A stretch of 64,000 bases of DNA from an uncultured delta proteobacterium (lineage in GTDB: Bacteria > Desulfobacterota > Desulfobacteria > Desulfobacterales > SpSt-501), in the NCBI GenBank assembly GCA_963785045.1, contig CAWAUC010000028.1:4367-68366 (forward strand), read 5' to 3'. The first letter of the stretch is position 1. Every line of letters begins with the position of its first letter. The translations under genes and the position numbers were made by a program. The notes under the pieces are model-generated. The model was not told where the DNA came from. It searched no databases and was given only the letters and a program-made list of their open reading frames with translations. Of this stretch, positions 10,033 through 18,505 are shown piece after piece.

Positions 10033-12033
10033 ATGAACGCAATCAGCGCAACGGCCTCCCCCGGCACGGTCTGCAAATACAGAGGGTTTATCTCCTACAG
10101 CCACGCGGCGGATGATCTCTTGGCCCCGGAGCTGCAATCAGGCCTGCATCGATTCGCCAAGCCTTGGTATCGGCTGCGGGCCATGCGCGTATTTCGTGAC
10201 AAGACGGGGCTCGCCGTGACGCCGGAGTTGTGGGGATCGATTGAGAAGGCGTTGGCAGATGCGGATTACTTTCTCCTATTGGCTTCGCCGCAGGCCGCGC
10301 AATCGAAATGGGTTGAGCAGGAAGTCGATTGGTGGCTGCGAAACCGTTCGGCCAGTCATCTGCTGATTGTCTGGACTGACGGCGAGTTAATCTGGGACCG
10401 AACGGCGGGGGATTTCGACTGGACCAAGACAACCGCCCTGCCCCGACGCCTGGTGAAAGTTTTCCAGGAGGAACCAAACTATCTCGATCTGCGGTTCGCC
10501 AAAACCACCGAGCACCTTTCGCTGCGTCAGCCGAAATTTCTCGAAGCCATCGCCAGTTTGTCCGCCACGCTGCGAGGCCGCTCACTTGATGAAATCATCG
10601 GCGAAGATATCCGTCAGCACCGAAAAACGATGCGCTGGCTTCGTTTCGCCGTGGCGGGATTGGCGGGGCTGATGATCGCGGCGGGGTATGCCGCGTTCGT
10701 GGCCCGGCAGGCGTCGTTCACGGCAGGCCACCTGGCAGAGGATATCGAGAATGCGGCAAAAAAGCAGCGACGGGAATCGATCTCTCACGACGTAGCGGAC
10801 AGGTCGCTGGCGGTGCTCGAGACCGATCGTGAATTGGCCATCCTGTTAGCGATTGAAGCGGCCAGAATTTATCCCACCGCCAAAGCGCATAGCGCCCTGC
10901 GTCAGTCGTTGTTCGAGACCTTGCCGCCCGAATTAAGCTTGCCGGGCCACGCCGGGGGTAGCTACTTCGCCGGGTTCATGCCGGATGGCCAGCGGGTGAT
11001 CACGGGCGGCGCGGACAACGTGGCCCGCGTTTGGGAATTGCCCAGCGGCAAAATGGCGCTCGAACTGCGCGGCCATGTCGGCGGCGTCACGGGCGCCGAC
11101 GTTTCGCCCGATGGAAAGCGCATATGTACGACCAGCCGGTACGACGAGACCGCTCGGGTATGGGACGCGGATAGCGGGGCGGGTTTGTTTGAGATCAAAC
11201 AGAAGGGGTTGACCGCCGCCCAGTTCAGCCCGAGTGGCAAGCAGATCCTGACGGTAGCGGAGCAGGCAGACGCGGTGCTGTGGGATGCCGCATCCGGCCA
11301 GCGCTTGCATCCGTTGGCCAGCCCTTACGCACAGATGCGGAAAGCGAGCCGGCTCTATTGTGCCAGATTCAGCCCCGATGGCAAGCGTGTGGCATTAGTG
11401 GATTGGCACCCCGCTGTGAGCGATGTCGCGACAGGGAAGGCTCTTTTTGAGTTGGAGGGGCATACCGCGCAAGTTCTCGACATCGGCTACAGTCCGGACG
11501 GCCAGTGGGTCGTCACCGCCAGCGAAGATCGCACCGCCCGGATCTGGCGGGCGACTACAGGGAAAAGCATCGCCGTGTTGCCGCACGACGCAGAAGTCAT
11601 ATGGGCGACATTCAGCCCCGAAGGCCAGTGGATCGTAACCTGCACCTCGGGGGACAGGCGGATTCACGTTTGGGACGCCGTCAGCTATAAGAAAGTCGCC
11701 GAGATAGATTCCCAGTCAGATGAAATCGCATTCAGTCCGGATGGGGCCTTTCTGGTCACCACGTCGGACGAGGTCCCCGCCGAGGTCTTCGAAACCAGGA
11801 CCGGGGCCCGGGTGGCTGAGTTGACCGGCCACACGGGGCCGGTCCGTTCGCCGGGGTTCAGTCCCAATGGGCGGCGCGTCGTCACAGCAGGACTCGATGG
11901 CAAGGTGGATCTGTACGCTTTCAACCTCGGCGGGACGACGACGCAGTTGATCGCTCTCGCGCGTGAGCGGGTGAAGCGCCAATTGACGCCGGAGGAACGC
12001 ACGCGCTATTTGCCGCCTCCCTTCCCACAATAG
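10033..12033 (+). CDS. TIR domain - single TM helix - WD40 beta-propeller protein
   Basis: N-terminal TIR (YRGFISYSHAADD ... SKWVEQEVDWW, conserved Glu present). TM helix LRFAVAGLAGLMIAAGYAAFVA. It then has at least 7 WD-like blades (GHAGGSYFAGFMPDGQRVITGGADNVARVWE, GHVGGVTGADVSPDGKRICTTS.., GHTAQVLDIGYSPDGQWVVTASEDRTARIW, GHTGPVRSPGFSPNGRRVVTAGLDGKVDLY). Confidence 0.85.
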   Translation: MNAISATASPGTVCKYRGFISYSHAADDLLAPELQSGLHRFAKPWYRLRAMRVFRDKTGLAVTPELWGSIEKALADADYFLLLASPQAAQSKWVEQEVDWWLRNRSASHLLIVWTDGELIWDRTAGDFDWTKTTALPRRLVKVFQEEPNYLDLRFAKTTEHLSLRQPKFLEAIASLSATLRGRSLDEIIGEDIRQHRKTMRWLRFAVAGLAGLMIAAGYAAFVARQASFTAGHLAEDIENAAKKQRRESISHDVADRSLAVLETDRELAILLAIEAARIYPTAKAHSALRQSLFETLPPELSLPGHAGGSYFAGFMPDGQRVITGGADNVARVWELPSGKMALELRGHVGGVTGADVSPDGKRICTTSRYDETARVWDADSGAGLFEIKQKGLTAAQFSPSGKQILTVAEQADAVLWDAASGQRLHPLASPYAQMRKASRLYCARFSPDGKRVALVDWHPAVSDVATGKALFELEGHTAQVLDIGYSPDGQWVVTASEDRTARIWRATTGKSIAVLPHDAEVIWATFSPEGQWIVTCTSGDRRIHVWDAVSYKKVAEIDSQSDEIAFSPDGAFLVTTSDEVPAEVFETRTGARVAELTGHTGPVRSPGFSPNGRRVVTAGLDGKVDLYAFNLGGTTTQLIALARERVKRQLTPEERTRYLPPPFPQ

Positions 12034-12216
12034 ACGCCGGCCCACCCATTTGAGCATCCGACATACCAAAAGCGAAAGAGTTTCACGTGGTGGCTGAAAC
12101 CCTTTCGCTCTTATACGCGGTGTTACGACATAGTCTTCCACATTCTCGCAGCCCATCATTGCTGCGGCCGTCCGTCAGTACCGCTGAAAGATCCGCCGGA
12201 CCATGGTTCGGAATTG

Positions 12217-12241
12217 AAAAACCCTGCAGCAAGCTGCAGGG
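12217..12241 (-). terminator. Rho-independent terminator closing the SLATT-TIR-STAND operon
   Basis: On the minus strand ccctgcag-cttg-ctgcaggg (perfect 8-bp stem, 12222..12241) is followed by ttttt (12217..12221). It lies 50 nt downstream of the stop at 12291. Confidence 0.7.
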
Positions 12242-12290
12242 AATCTTCGACCGTAAGGACTTTTAATCTGATTTTGCGGTTCAGCGTACG

Positions 12291-13253
12291 TTACCCAGCG
12301 CCATTTCGCAAATGAGACTCTTTCAACCGTATCGACACGACTCCGATGGGTGGAATCTCTCCCTTCAGCTCGACCGGCAGATTTCTCTCCGGGTCGATGA
12401 AAAACGAAATCTTGTCTAAAAAACCCATAAACGAAAAATGTTCCACCTGTTCCAAATTCGACTCCAATGGCTTGGCTTCGAGATTAATCTGGAAGGCTTT
12501 GATCTGGCCTTGCCTGTGGTTCTCGCCCTGCTCATTTTTTTCAATATAGTCGACTTTTAAATTCTGCAATCCGGCCGATCGCAGCTTGACCTGAAACAAC
12601 TGCCTTTTTCCAAACACGCACAAGGATAGTGGCTGGTCGTTGTCCAACATTTCAGAAGCGGACGCGATGTAAGTCATCAACAGCCGATCGGTGACGTTGG
12701 GACATCCCAATTTGTCGGTGTCATAAGGATAGAACCGGTCGATAACCTTGGTCCACTGACTGGGTTGCTTCGATGCCTCTTTCTTGTCTTTGGGTTCGCG
12801 CTGGAATCGGAAGACTCCCTGCCGGGTGAATCGGTAGACCTTTTTGAAGTCGTCTTCACCCTGCCTTAAACTATCCCGTCCCAATGCGGTTGCATCCCGT
12901 GGGTCGAACCAAAGATGATCCACGGATTCAACGGGCGATTGAAGAATCGAGTCGATGATCGTGGTGACGGTAAACTTATAGCATCCGCTGGCGGGGACTC
13001 GAACCGGATCTCCTTGGCGGCTCTCGATCATCGCCGCCTCAGCTTCAGACTGGGTCGGGAATTCCAGGCGGATTTCGGTGGTGACATCAACTGATATGCT
13101 TTTAACCTCGAATACCAGATACCTCCATTGGATTCTCTTGGCGTCGAGATTGAGACGGGTATAGGGTTGAGCCAAAATCGCCCCGGGGAAAACAACCATC
13201 CGGCTGATGATCGACAACAAGATCAGCAATATCGATAAATTGTATTTTCGCAT
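12291..13253 (-). CDS. Exported protein of unknown function (weak DUF3108-like impression)
   Basis: ORF 12291..13286. The likely start is Met at 13253 (MRKYNLSILLILLSIISRMVVFPGAILAQP signal peptide). It is the last gene of the operon, and no motif was recognised. Confidence 0.55.
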   Translation of the reverse strand: MRKYNLSILLILLSIISRMVVFPGAILAQPYTRLNLDAKRIQWRYLVFEVKSISVDVTTEIRLEFPTQSEAEAAMIESRQGDPVRVPASGCYKFTVTTIIDSILQSPVESVDHLWFDPRDATALGRDSLRQGEDDFKKVYRFTRQGVFRFQREPKDKKEASKQPSQWTKVIDRFYPYDTDKLGCPNVTDRLLMTYIASASEMLDNDQPLSLCVFGKRQLFQVKLRSAGLQNLKVDYIEKNEQGENHRQGQIKAFQINLEAKPLESNLEQVEHFSFMGFLDKISFFIDPERNLPVELKGEIPPIGVVSIRLKESHLRNGAG

Positions 13254-13305
13254 GTCCGGTGCCTCCAGAGGAAGTGCTTGAATCATGAAAGGAAGGTTCG
13301 ACCCA

Positions 13306-15960
13306 TTATTCGCAGATGTCCTTCTTGCCGATGTTGTAAGGCGTGGTCATGTCGTGCCAGGGATCGGAAGGTTTGGCAAAAAGCTCTTTTTTTATTTTCT
13401 GAAGTTCTGCTTTGATGGTTTCGTCCATCTCGGCTCGGAACAAAGATTTTACACTTGCCAGATCTTGGATCGGTAGATCTGAAACACCACGCAGGTTGGC
13501 ACATCTCAAATCCGCGCCTTTTAGATTCGCATCTTTGAAATCGGAACGTTGAAGATCCGCGAAGCCCATTTGGGCTCCCTCAAGATCCGCCCCGGTGAAG
13601 TTGACGCCCGCCAGGCTGGCCTCGCGAATATCAGCACCCCGGAAATTGGCATTCCTCGAATCAGCCCCGTTCAGCTTGGCTCCACGGAGATCGGCGCGTT
13701 CAAAATCTGCTTCTCTCAGCCGTGCGCCAACCAAATCGGCGTTGCGCAAATTCGCGTTCACCATAAAGGAGCGAAACAGGTCGGCATACCGTAGATCCGC
13801 CTTCTTCAGGAAAGCACCTTTAACCGATTTTAAACGATCGCTTTTCGAGGCAATACACCAATAATTCTCCGGTAACTGCGAAACATTTGTTTCCCTGAAG
13901 TCAAAGAACAGATCGTAGCCAAGTCTATCAAATATCCATGGGACTATTGCATGGGGATTCAACGATGCAGTCAATTGCCGCGCCGGAGTCCCGATGAAGG
14001 CCCCAAAAGAAATGGACCAGAAAACCAAGGCAATCAATGGGACGAAACCGGCTTCCGCAGGCTTCACGCTTCGCCAAACTGTCCGCAATCCTTCATCTTT
14101 TTCTTGTCCGACCAAACGATGGAAAAGCATCACCAAGCCGAATGTGAGCATGATAAAAATAATATGCAAACCCGTGACTGCCCAATCACGGCGCGGTAAG
14201 TACCGCACCCAAAATCCAACAACCGTGACCGGTACGGTGAACCATGCGAGGGAATACATGCCCGCTTGTTCAAGCCTGTCCATCAGGGATCGTCCATCCG
14301 AGGATTTGACTGGCTGATGGGCAAGCATCACTAAGAGACGTTGCAAGTAAAAAAGAAAGTATGCGTAAACGCTGCATAAGAGCAGCGGCAGCACCAAATA
14401 AATCTGATCGCCGGGCATCTTGGTTCCGATGATCGGCAGAGAAACCGAATTGGTTGCTAGCGACACATCATCGGTTGCTGCAATCGTTAGCCAGGAATAG
14501 ATGCAGAAATACACACAGACAAGAAGCGAGGCAACAAAATACCGGTTCGTTTTTTGTTTTCTTACACTTTTTTCCAAAAAACCAATGGCCAGCTTAAATT
14601 TGGGATGATAGCGGGCGGCCCATTCGGCATTGGGCTGTTGCTGGCTTTGCCAATCCAGGGCCACCTGGAGGTCGGCTTCGCGGTAAAAACCCGCTTTACC
14701 GCTGGCGTGAAGCTCCGCGCTCTCCGCCAACCGTTTATAAACCCGGGCGGACTCTGCCTCCTCATCCACCCAGGCAGCCAGGGACTTCCACTGCCGGATG
14801 AGGCTTTCATGGGAAATATCCAGCAACCGGTTCTCAGTGGATGCCCCGGTGGAAAGCACTAGGAAGTTGCGGTTGTCTGCATTGAAGCGTTTGATCAAGG
14901 CCATGACCGTGTCCGGCGTTTCCTTTCTTCCGCACACCGCCGCTATTTCATAAAGACTGGCAGGTCGACGGATGCGGCGGTTTGAAGCATCCGTCTCCGT
15001 TAGGGCCTGAAACATTCGCTTGGCCATCATGAGGCTTTGGTCACTCAGGCCAATCAGCGCTTCGTCTGCATGGATGCTTAGTGCATGTTGAATAGTTCCC
15101 GCCATTTCGTAGTGTTCGAGATCGATGGGACCCTTGGGGTTCTTGGCCTGCATGCTGTAAGTCCGCATCAGCACGTGCTGAAGCACCGGAAGATCATCGC
15201 GGCTGTCGATGTTTTCATTTAACAGCCGGTCCGTCAACCTCGGAGTGATGTCCGCCCGGGCAAGTCGAATAGGTCCCAGGATTGCTTCCCGGCGCTGGTG
15301 GCGAGTGAGACGTGGCACCAGAAATTGGCTGGCATTCATGGCTTCCGGCAGGCCTTGGAAGGCGTCGCATTCACCCAGAAAATCCGAGCGCATGGTCAGC
15401 ACAACGTAAACGGGGATAACCGTTTGGACGGCCAGGCTCAGGAGCATGGAAACGAAATCGGCTGCTTCCTCACGCACCTCGGTCGTCCTAATCTGCTGGA
15501 AGCGAAACAACTCCTCGAACTGGTCCACAACAAGGAGCAGATTGCTCTCGGTTGTGTCCAGGGCCGGTTGGACCTGATGGACCAACGCTTGCGAGCCCTG
15601 CCGCCTGATCCTTGCCAGCAAGCCATTGATAGCTACAGCGGCATCGCTGGCCCCACTCACCGAGACCATGGCTGTGGCGAGGTTCCGAAGGGGAGAATCA
15701 CCGGGCTTGAAAATGGCGATTTTCCATAGATCCAGATCCTGGACCAGAAAGCCGGCTTCCAGGTTGGGAATGAGCCCTGCACGTACCAGCGAGGACTTGC
15801 CGGATCCGGAGCTTCCCACCACGGCCACAAATCGATGTGCATTCAATTGGTCCAAAAGGGCCCGGGTCTGCTGCTTTCGCCCGAAGTAGTAGAGACTGTC
15901 GGCGCTTTCGAAGGGTCTAAGGCCGACAAATGGATTGAGTCCGGCGAGGTGGTTATTCAT
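13306..15960 (-). CDS. STAND-class P-loop NTPase with multi-pass TM region and C-terminal pentapeptide repeats
   Basis: N-terminal NPFVGLRPFESADSLYYFGRKQQTRALLDQL. Walker A VVGSSGSGKSS at 15793..15816 and Walker B LLLVVDQFEELF. About 5 hydrophobic helices are present (YFVASLLVCVYFCIYSWLTIAA, IYLVLPLLLCSVYAYFLFYL, GMYSLAWFTVPVTVVGFWV, VTGLHIIFIMLTFGLVMLF, GFVPLIALVFWSISFGAFI). These are followed by A(D/N)LxxA(D/N)L repeats (ADLRYADL...NANLRNADLVGARLREADFERADLRGAKLNGADSRNANFRGADIREASLAGVNFTGADLEGAQ). Confidence 0.85.
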   Translation of the reverse strand: MNNHLAGLNPFVGLRPFESADSLYYFGRKQQTRALLDQLNAHRFVAVVGSSGSGKSSLVRAGLIPNLEAGFLVQDLDLWKIAIFKPGDSPLRNLATAMVSVSGASDAAVAINGLLARIRRQGSQALVHQVQPALDTTESNLLLVVDQFEELFRFQQIRTTEVREEAADFVSMLLSLAVQTVIPVYVVLTMRSDFLGECDAFQGLPEAMNASQFLVPRLTRHQRREAILGPIRLARADITPRLTDRLLNENIDSRDDLPVLQHVLMRTYSMQAKNPKGPIDLEHYEMAGTIQHALSIHADEALIGLSDQSLMMAKRMFQALTETDASNRRIRRPASLYEIAAVCGRKETPDTVMALIKRFNADNRNFLVLSTGASTENRLLDISHESLIRQWKSLAAWVDEEAESARVYKRLAESAELHASGKAGFYREADLQVALDWQSQQQPNAEWAARYHPKFKLAIGFLEKSVRKQKTNRYFVASLLVCVYFCIYSWLTIAATDDVSLATNSVSLPIIGTKMPGDQIYLVLPLLLCSVYAYFLFYLQRLLVMLAHQPVKSSDGRSLMDRLEQAGMYSLAWFTVPVTVVGFWVRYLPRRDWAVTGLHIIFIMLTFGLVMLFHRLVGQEKDEGLRTVWRSVKPAEAGFVPLIALVFWSISFGAFIGTPARQLTASLNPHAIVPWIFDRLGYDLFFDFRETNVSQLPENYWCIASKSDRLKSVKGAFLKKADLRYADLFRSFMVNANLRNADLVGARLREADFERADLRGAKLNGADSRNANFRGADIREASLAGVNFTGADLEGAQMGFADLQRSDFKDANLKGADLRCANLRGVSDLPIQDLASVKSLFRAEMDETIKAELQKIKKELFAKPSDPWHDMTTPYNIGKKDICE

Positions 15961-17486
15961 CGCGCCGCACCAGCCGATAGGAGTCTATCGGTGAGCTCAG
16001 GATCGATACTTTCGGAGCGGCTATTGTCCAAGATGTCAATGTGAATCAGAGGTGGGAAAACCGGGAGGTCGGATCTCTCACCACTGGGTGGCGCCACAAA
16101 TACCCAGATGTATTCAAGGACCGATCGGTCCTCGGATTCGAATTGCTCGGAAATTGCTTTGAAGGCCTTCTTGATTCGCCCCACCACCCAAGCCGTACCA
16201 ACTTTGCCGGAAACCAGTATCAGGTTTTTAACCTGCTTTACGGACTGCTCGAATTTGGCGAGGCTGATAGATGGATCCTGGGATTCTTGGTTGAAATCCA
16301 CATCCACTCCTTTACCTGAGAGGAAGTCCGCGAGCTGGAATGCGAATCTCTGATCCTTCTGATGTGTGTCGATGAGATAGCTCGGATTTCTGGTCGAATC
16401 CGGTGTCGATTCCCGGCAGCGGGCAATTCGCTCTAAGACCAGGTTTATGAAATCAGCCTGCAGGCACTTTACCAATTCATACTGAGCCAGCTCCCTTGGC
16501 CTGTCTTGGCAATTTTTGAGAAATTGGCGCTGCGGGATGTCTTCAACAGCCTCGATGTCGAGGTCAGGGGGCACCCACACCAACTGCGGGATTCTTTTAC
16601 CGAAAGCTATTTCGTGCTGTTCACGGGGATAGGTTGTCTCTTTGCGGTCCAGAATTTTTCGGCCTGGCCACCGATCCAGCAAGTGAATGGAAAAGTTGGC
16701 CTCAGCCAGTGCCCGGTTTGAAGCATCGGAATGCCCGGCAGCATCCATGGGGGGAGGGATGCTGGTCAAGATCTCCAGGCCGTGGTTATGTACCTCGCCA
16801 GCGATTCGTTCCTTGAAATCCTGAAGGGTGTCGGCCACATCCGCCATGAAAATGACGAGACGGTCGGCTCGATGTCCGTCTTCTGCTTTCGGGAGGGAAG
16901 CAGAAGCCTTTTGCTGAACGACGAATTCGACCGAATCCACGATCGATCGCATTTGCTTTTCAAACGAATTGTCGTTCGGTGAGGTGAACTCCCCAAGATG
17001 TTCGTCGTCACCTGCGTCGTTCATGCGGAATCCGGCAGCACCCTGAAGCTCTGCGGGCCATTGCGTATGGGGAATATTATGAAGCAGGATGTTGAGGATT
17101 CGATATGCTTCACCTACGCGCAACCCTCCGGGGCGTTGCCCGTGATATTGGTGAAACCAACTCATCTCCTTGCGACAATAATCCGACTGCAGATAGTTAC
17201 GAGAGGTTAAGGCGAAGAAAAGGGCGGATGTTTTAAGAGCATTTTGGATGGCATCGTCAAAGAGGGTATTCCCCTGCATCCTTCTGGTGTCGCGCCATAT
17301 TTTGAGGTTGGCCATCCCTCGGCGCTTTCGAAGCCAGTTGTCCAGGGATTGGTCAAAAATGTCCACCCAGCCCGGGCGATTCCAGAGGCCCACGTTGTCA
17401 TTATGGGAATAGCTGATGAAGATGTCGTTTTCGTAGCCGGGTATCTGAGCCATCACCGCCGTCCTTTTCAGAAGACTAGTCGGCAC
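15957..17486 (-). CDS. TIR-domain protein with uncharacterised ~300-aa C-terminal region
   Basis: DIFISYSHNDN ... ALFFALTSRNYLQSDYCRKEMSWF (TIR with the conserved Glu). The C-terminal part contains a second TIR/flavodoxin-like stretch (SYLIDTHQKDQRFAFQLADFLSGKGVDV...NLILVSGK). The stop overlaps the NTPase start as ATGA (15957..15960). An alternative start is Met at 17453. Confidence 0.8.
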   Translation of the reverse strand: MPTSLLKRTAVMAQIPGYENDIFISYSHNDNVGLWNRPGWVDIFDQSLDNWLRKRRGMANLKIWRDTRRMQGNTLFDDAIQNALKTSALFFALTSRNYLQSDYCRKEMSWFHQYHGQRPGGLRVGEAYRILNILLHNIPHTQWPAELQGAAGFRMNDAGDDEHLGEFTSPNDNSFEKQMRSIVDSVEFVVQQKASASLPKAEDGHRADRLVIFMADVADTLQDFKERIAGEVHNHGLEILTSIPPPMDAAGHSDASNRALAEANFSIHLLDRWPGRKILDRKETTYPREQHEIAFGKRIPQLVWVPPDLDIEAVEDIPQRQFLKNCQDRPRELAQYELVKCLQADFINLVLERIARCRESTPDSTRNPSYLIDTHQKDQRFAFQLADFLSGKGVDVDFNQESQDPSISLAKFEQSVKQVKNLILVSGKVGTAWVVGRIKKAFKAISEQFESEDRSVLEYIWVFVAPPSGERSDLPVFPPLIHIDILDNSRSESIDPELTDRLLSAGAAR

Positions 17487-17678
17487 TGTATGAAACTGTC
17501 CGGCCTGCTATAGATGCGCAGCACCTGCCTTGAGCGAATTTCATTTGGATTCGTGCGGATAACCCGTCGGGCCCCTGTGTGTTCTGATAAATCGCTCTAC
17601 CTTCATAAGCCATTAGAAACAATTAGTAATCCACAATCCCTGATTGTAAAGGGTGTCTTACGCGTTGCTCAATGGGCT

Positions 17679-18131
17679 TTACGACGAAGCGTCGGACGGC
17701 CGAGGGCTGTCGGAAGACTTGAGCCCGGTTGCTTCCCCCCACTTCGCGTTTTCAACGCCAAGAATGTTCTCGACCCGGGTGACCAGAACCTGAAAGCGGT
17801 CCTCGGAGTTGAAAGGCGGGGCCTGGGTCAGGAAAAGGAACTTCTCGCGCTTGAGGCTCTCGGAAGTCATACGGTATTCGACTGAGTTCTCCTGCAAGCG
17901 ATAGAGGGACAATAGGCCCCCGATGGCGGCTACCGCCACGCCCATGGCTCCCGCGGCCACCTTGATCGCAGCGTGGGCGTCGGCGTAGCCGACCAGGAAT
18001 GCGATGGCGCAGCCCAGTATGATCTCAACGGCACGGAGTTTCTTGAACCAGCGCTGATTCCACCCGCTTTTGTCGTTCAACCACCGAATCTGAACCTCAA
18101 CCCGCTCTTTCAGGTATTCATCGGCGTTCAT
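17679..18131 (-). CDS. SLATT/DUF4231-like two-TM protein
   Basis: 150 aa. YLKERVEVQIRWLNDKSGWNQRWFKKLRAVEIILGCAIAFLVGY is followed by a second helix (AAGAMGVAVAAIGGLLSLY) and a cytosolic tail (YRMTSESLKREKFLFLTQAPPF). The RBS is gaaggaggtcaggaATG. Confidence 0.7.
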   Translation of the reverse strand: MNADEYLKERVEVQIRWLNDKSGWNQRWFKKLRAVEIILGCAIAFLVGYADAHAAIKVAAGAMGVAVAAIGGLLSLYRLQENSVEYRMTSESLKREKFLFLTQAPPFNSEDRFQVLVTRVENILGVENAKWGEATGLKSSDSPRPSDASS

Positions 18132-18379
18132 TCCTGACCTCCTTCGCTTTCAGCCCGGATCGCGCAGTTTTAGGGGAGTGCTGTCCAGAGTGCCCCGGAA
18201 AATCCCTGAGGCCTTCGTGCTGCGGCAATCAATGTTGCAACTCGATCCCCATCTACTTCAACGCCATGCTAACCCACGCCAACCGGAAATGGGAACTTCA
18301 GTGGAGGCGCACCGGCAATCCAAGGATTCCCCGAGATCCTTAGATTTCGCATTTAACGCATCGGTGTAATGATCGGAAG

Positions 18380-18505
18380 TCAGCTTTGGTTTACAGCTTT
18401 AATTTGATTTTCAGTCAGAACGGCGCAACTTGAACTAATGGTGATTGTGACAAATAACAAAAAGAGCTGAGCGAAATTGTTCCGCAACCTTGGTGAAGCC
18501 GACAT
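18380..18505 (-). CDS. Possible 41-aa small membrane/lipoprotein-like ORF
   Basis: MSASPRLRNNFAQLFLLFVTITISSSCAVLTENQIKAVNQS is preceded by the strong RBS gaggagtatcgcATG. It overlaps the 3' tail of the PLD reading frame in another frame, so only one of the two readings can be real. Confidence 0.25.
   Translation of the reverse strand: MSASPRLRNNFAQLFLLFVTITISSSCAVLTENQIKAVNQS

Noticed and set aside
13549-13864. + strand ORFs 13549..13794 and 13595..13864 with repetitive sequence.
   Set aside because: They are antisense reading of the pentapeptide-repeat region of the STAND NTPase gene. The periodicity comes from the repeats on the other strand.
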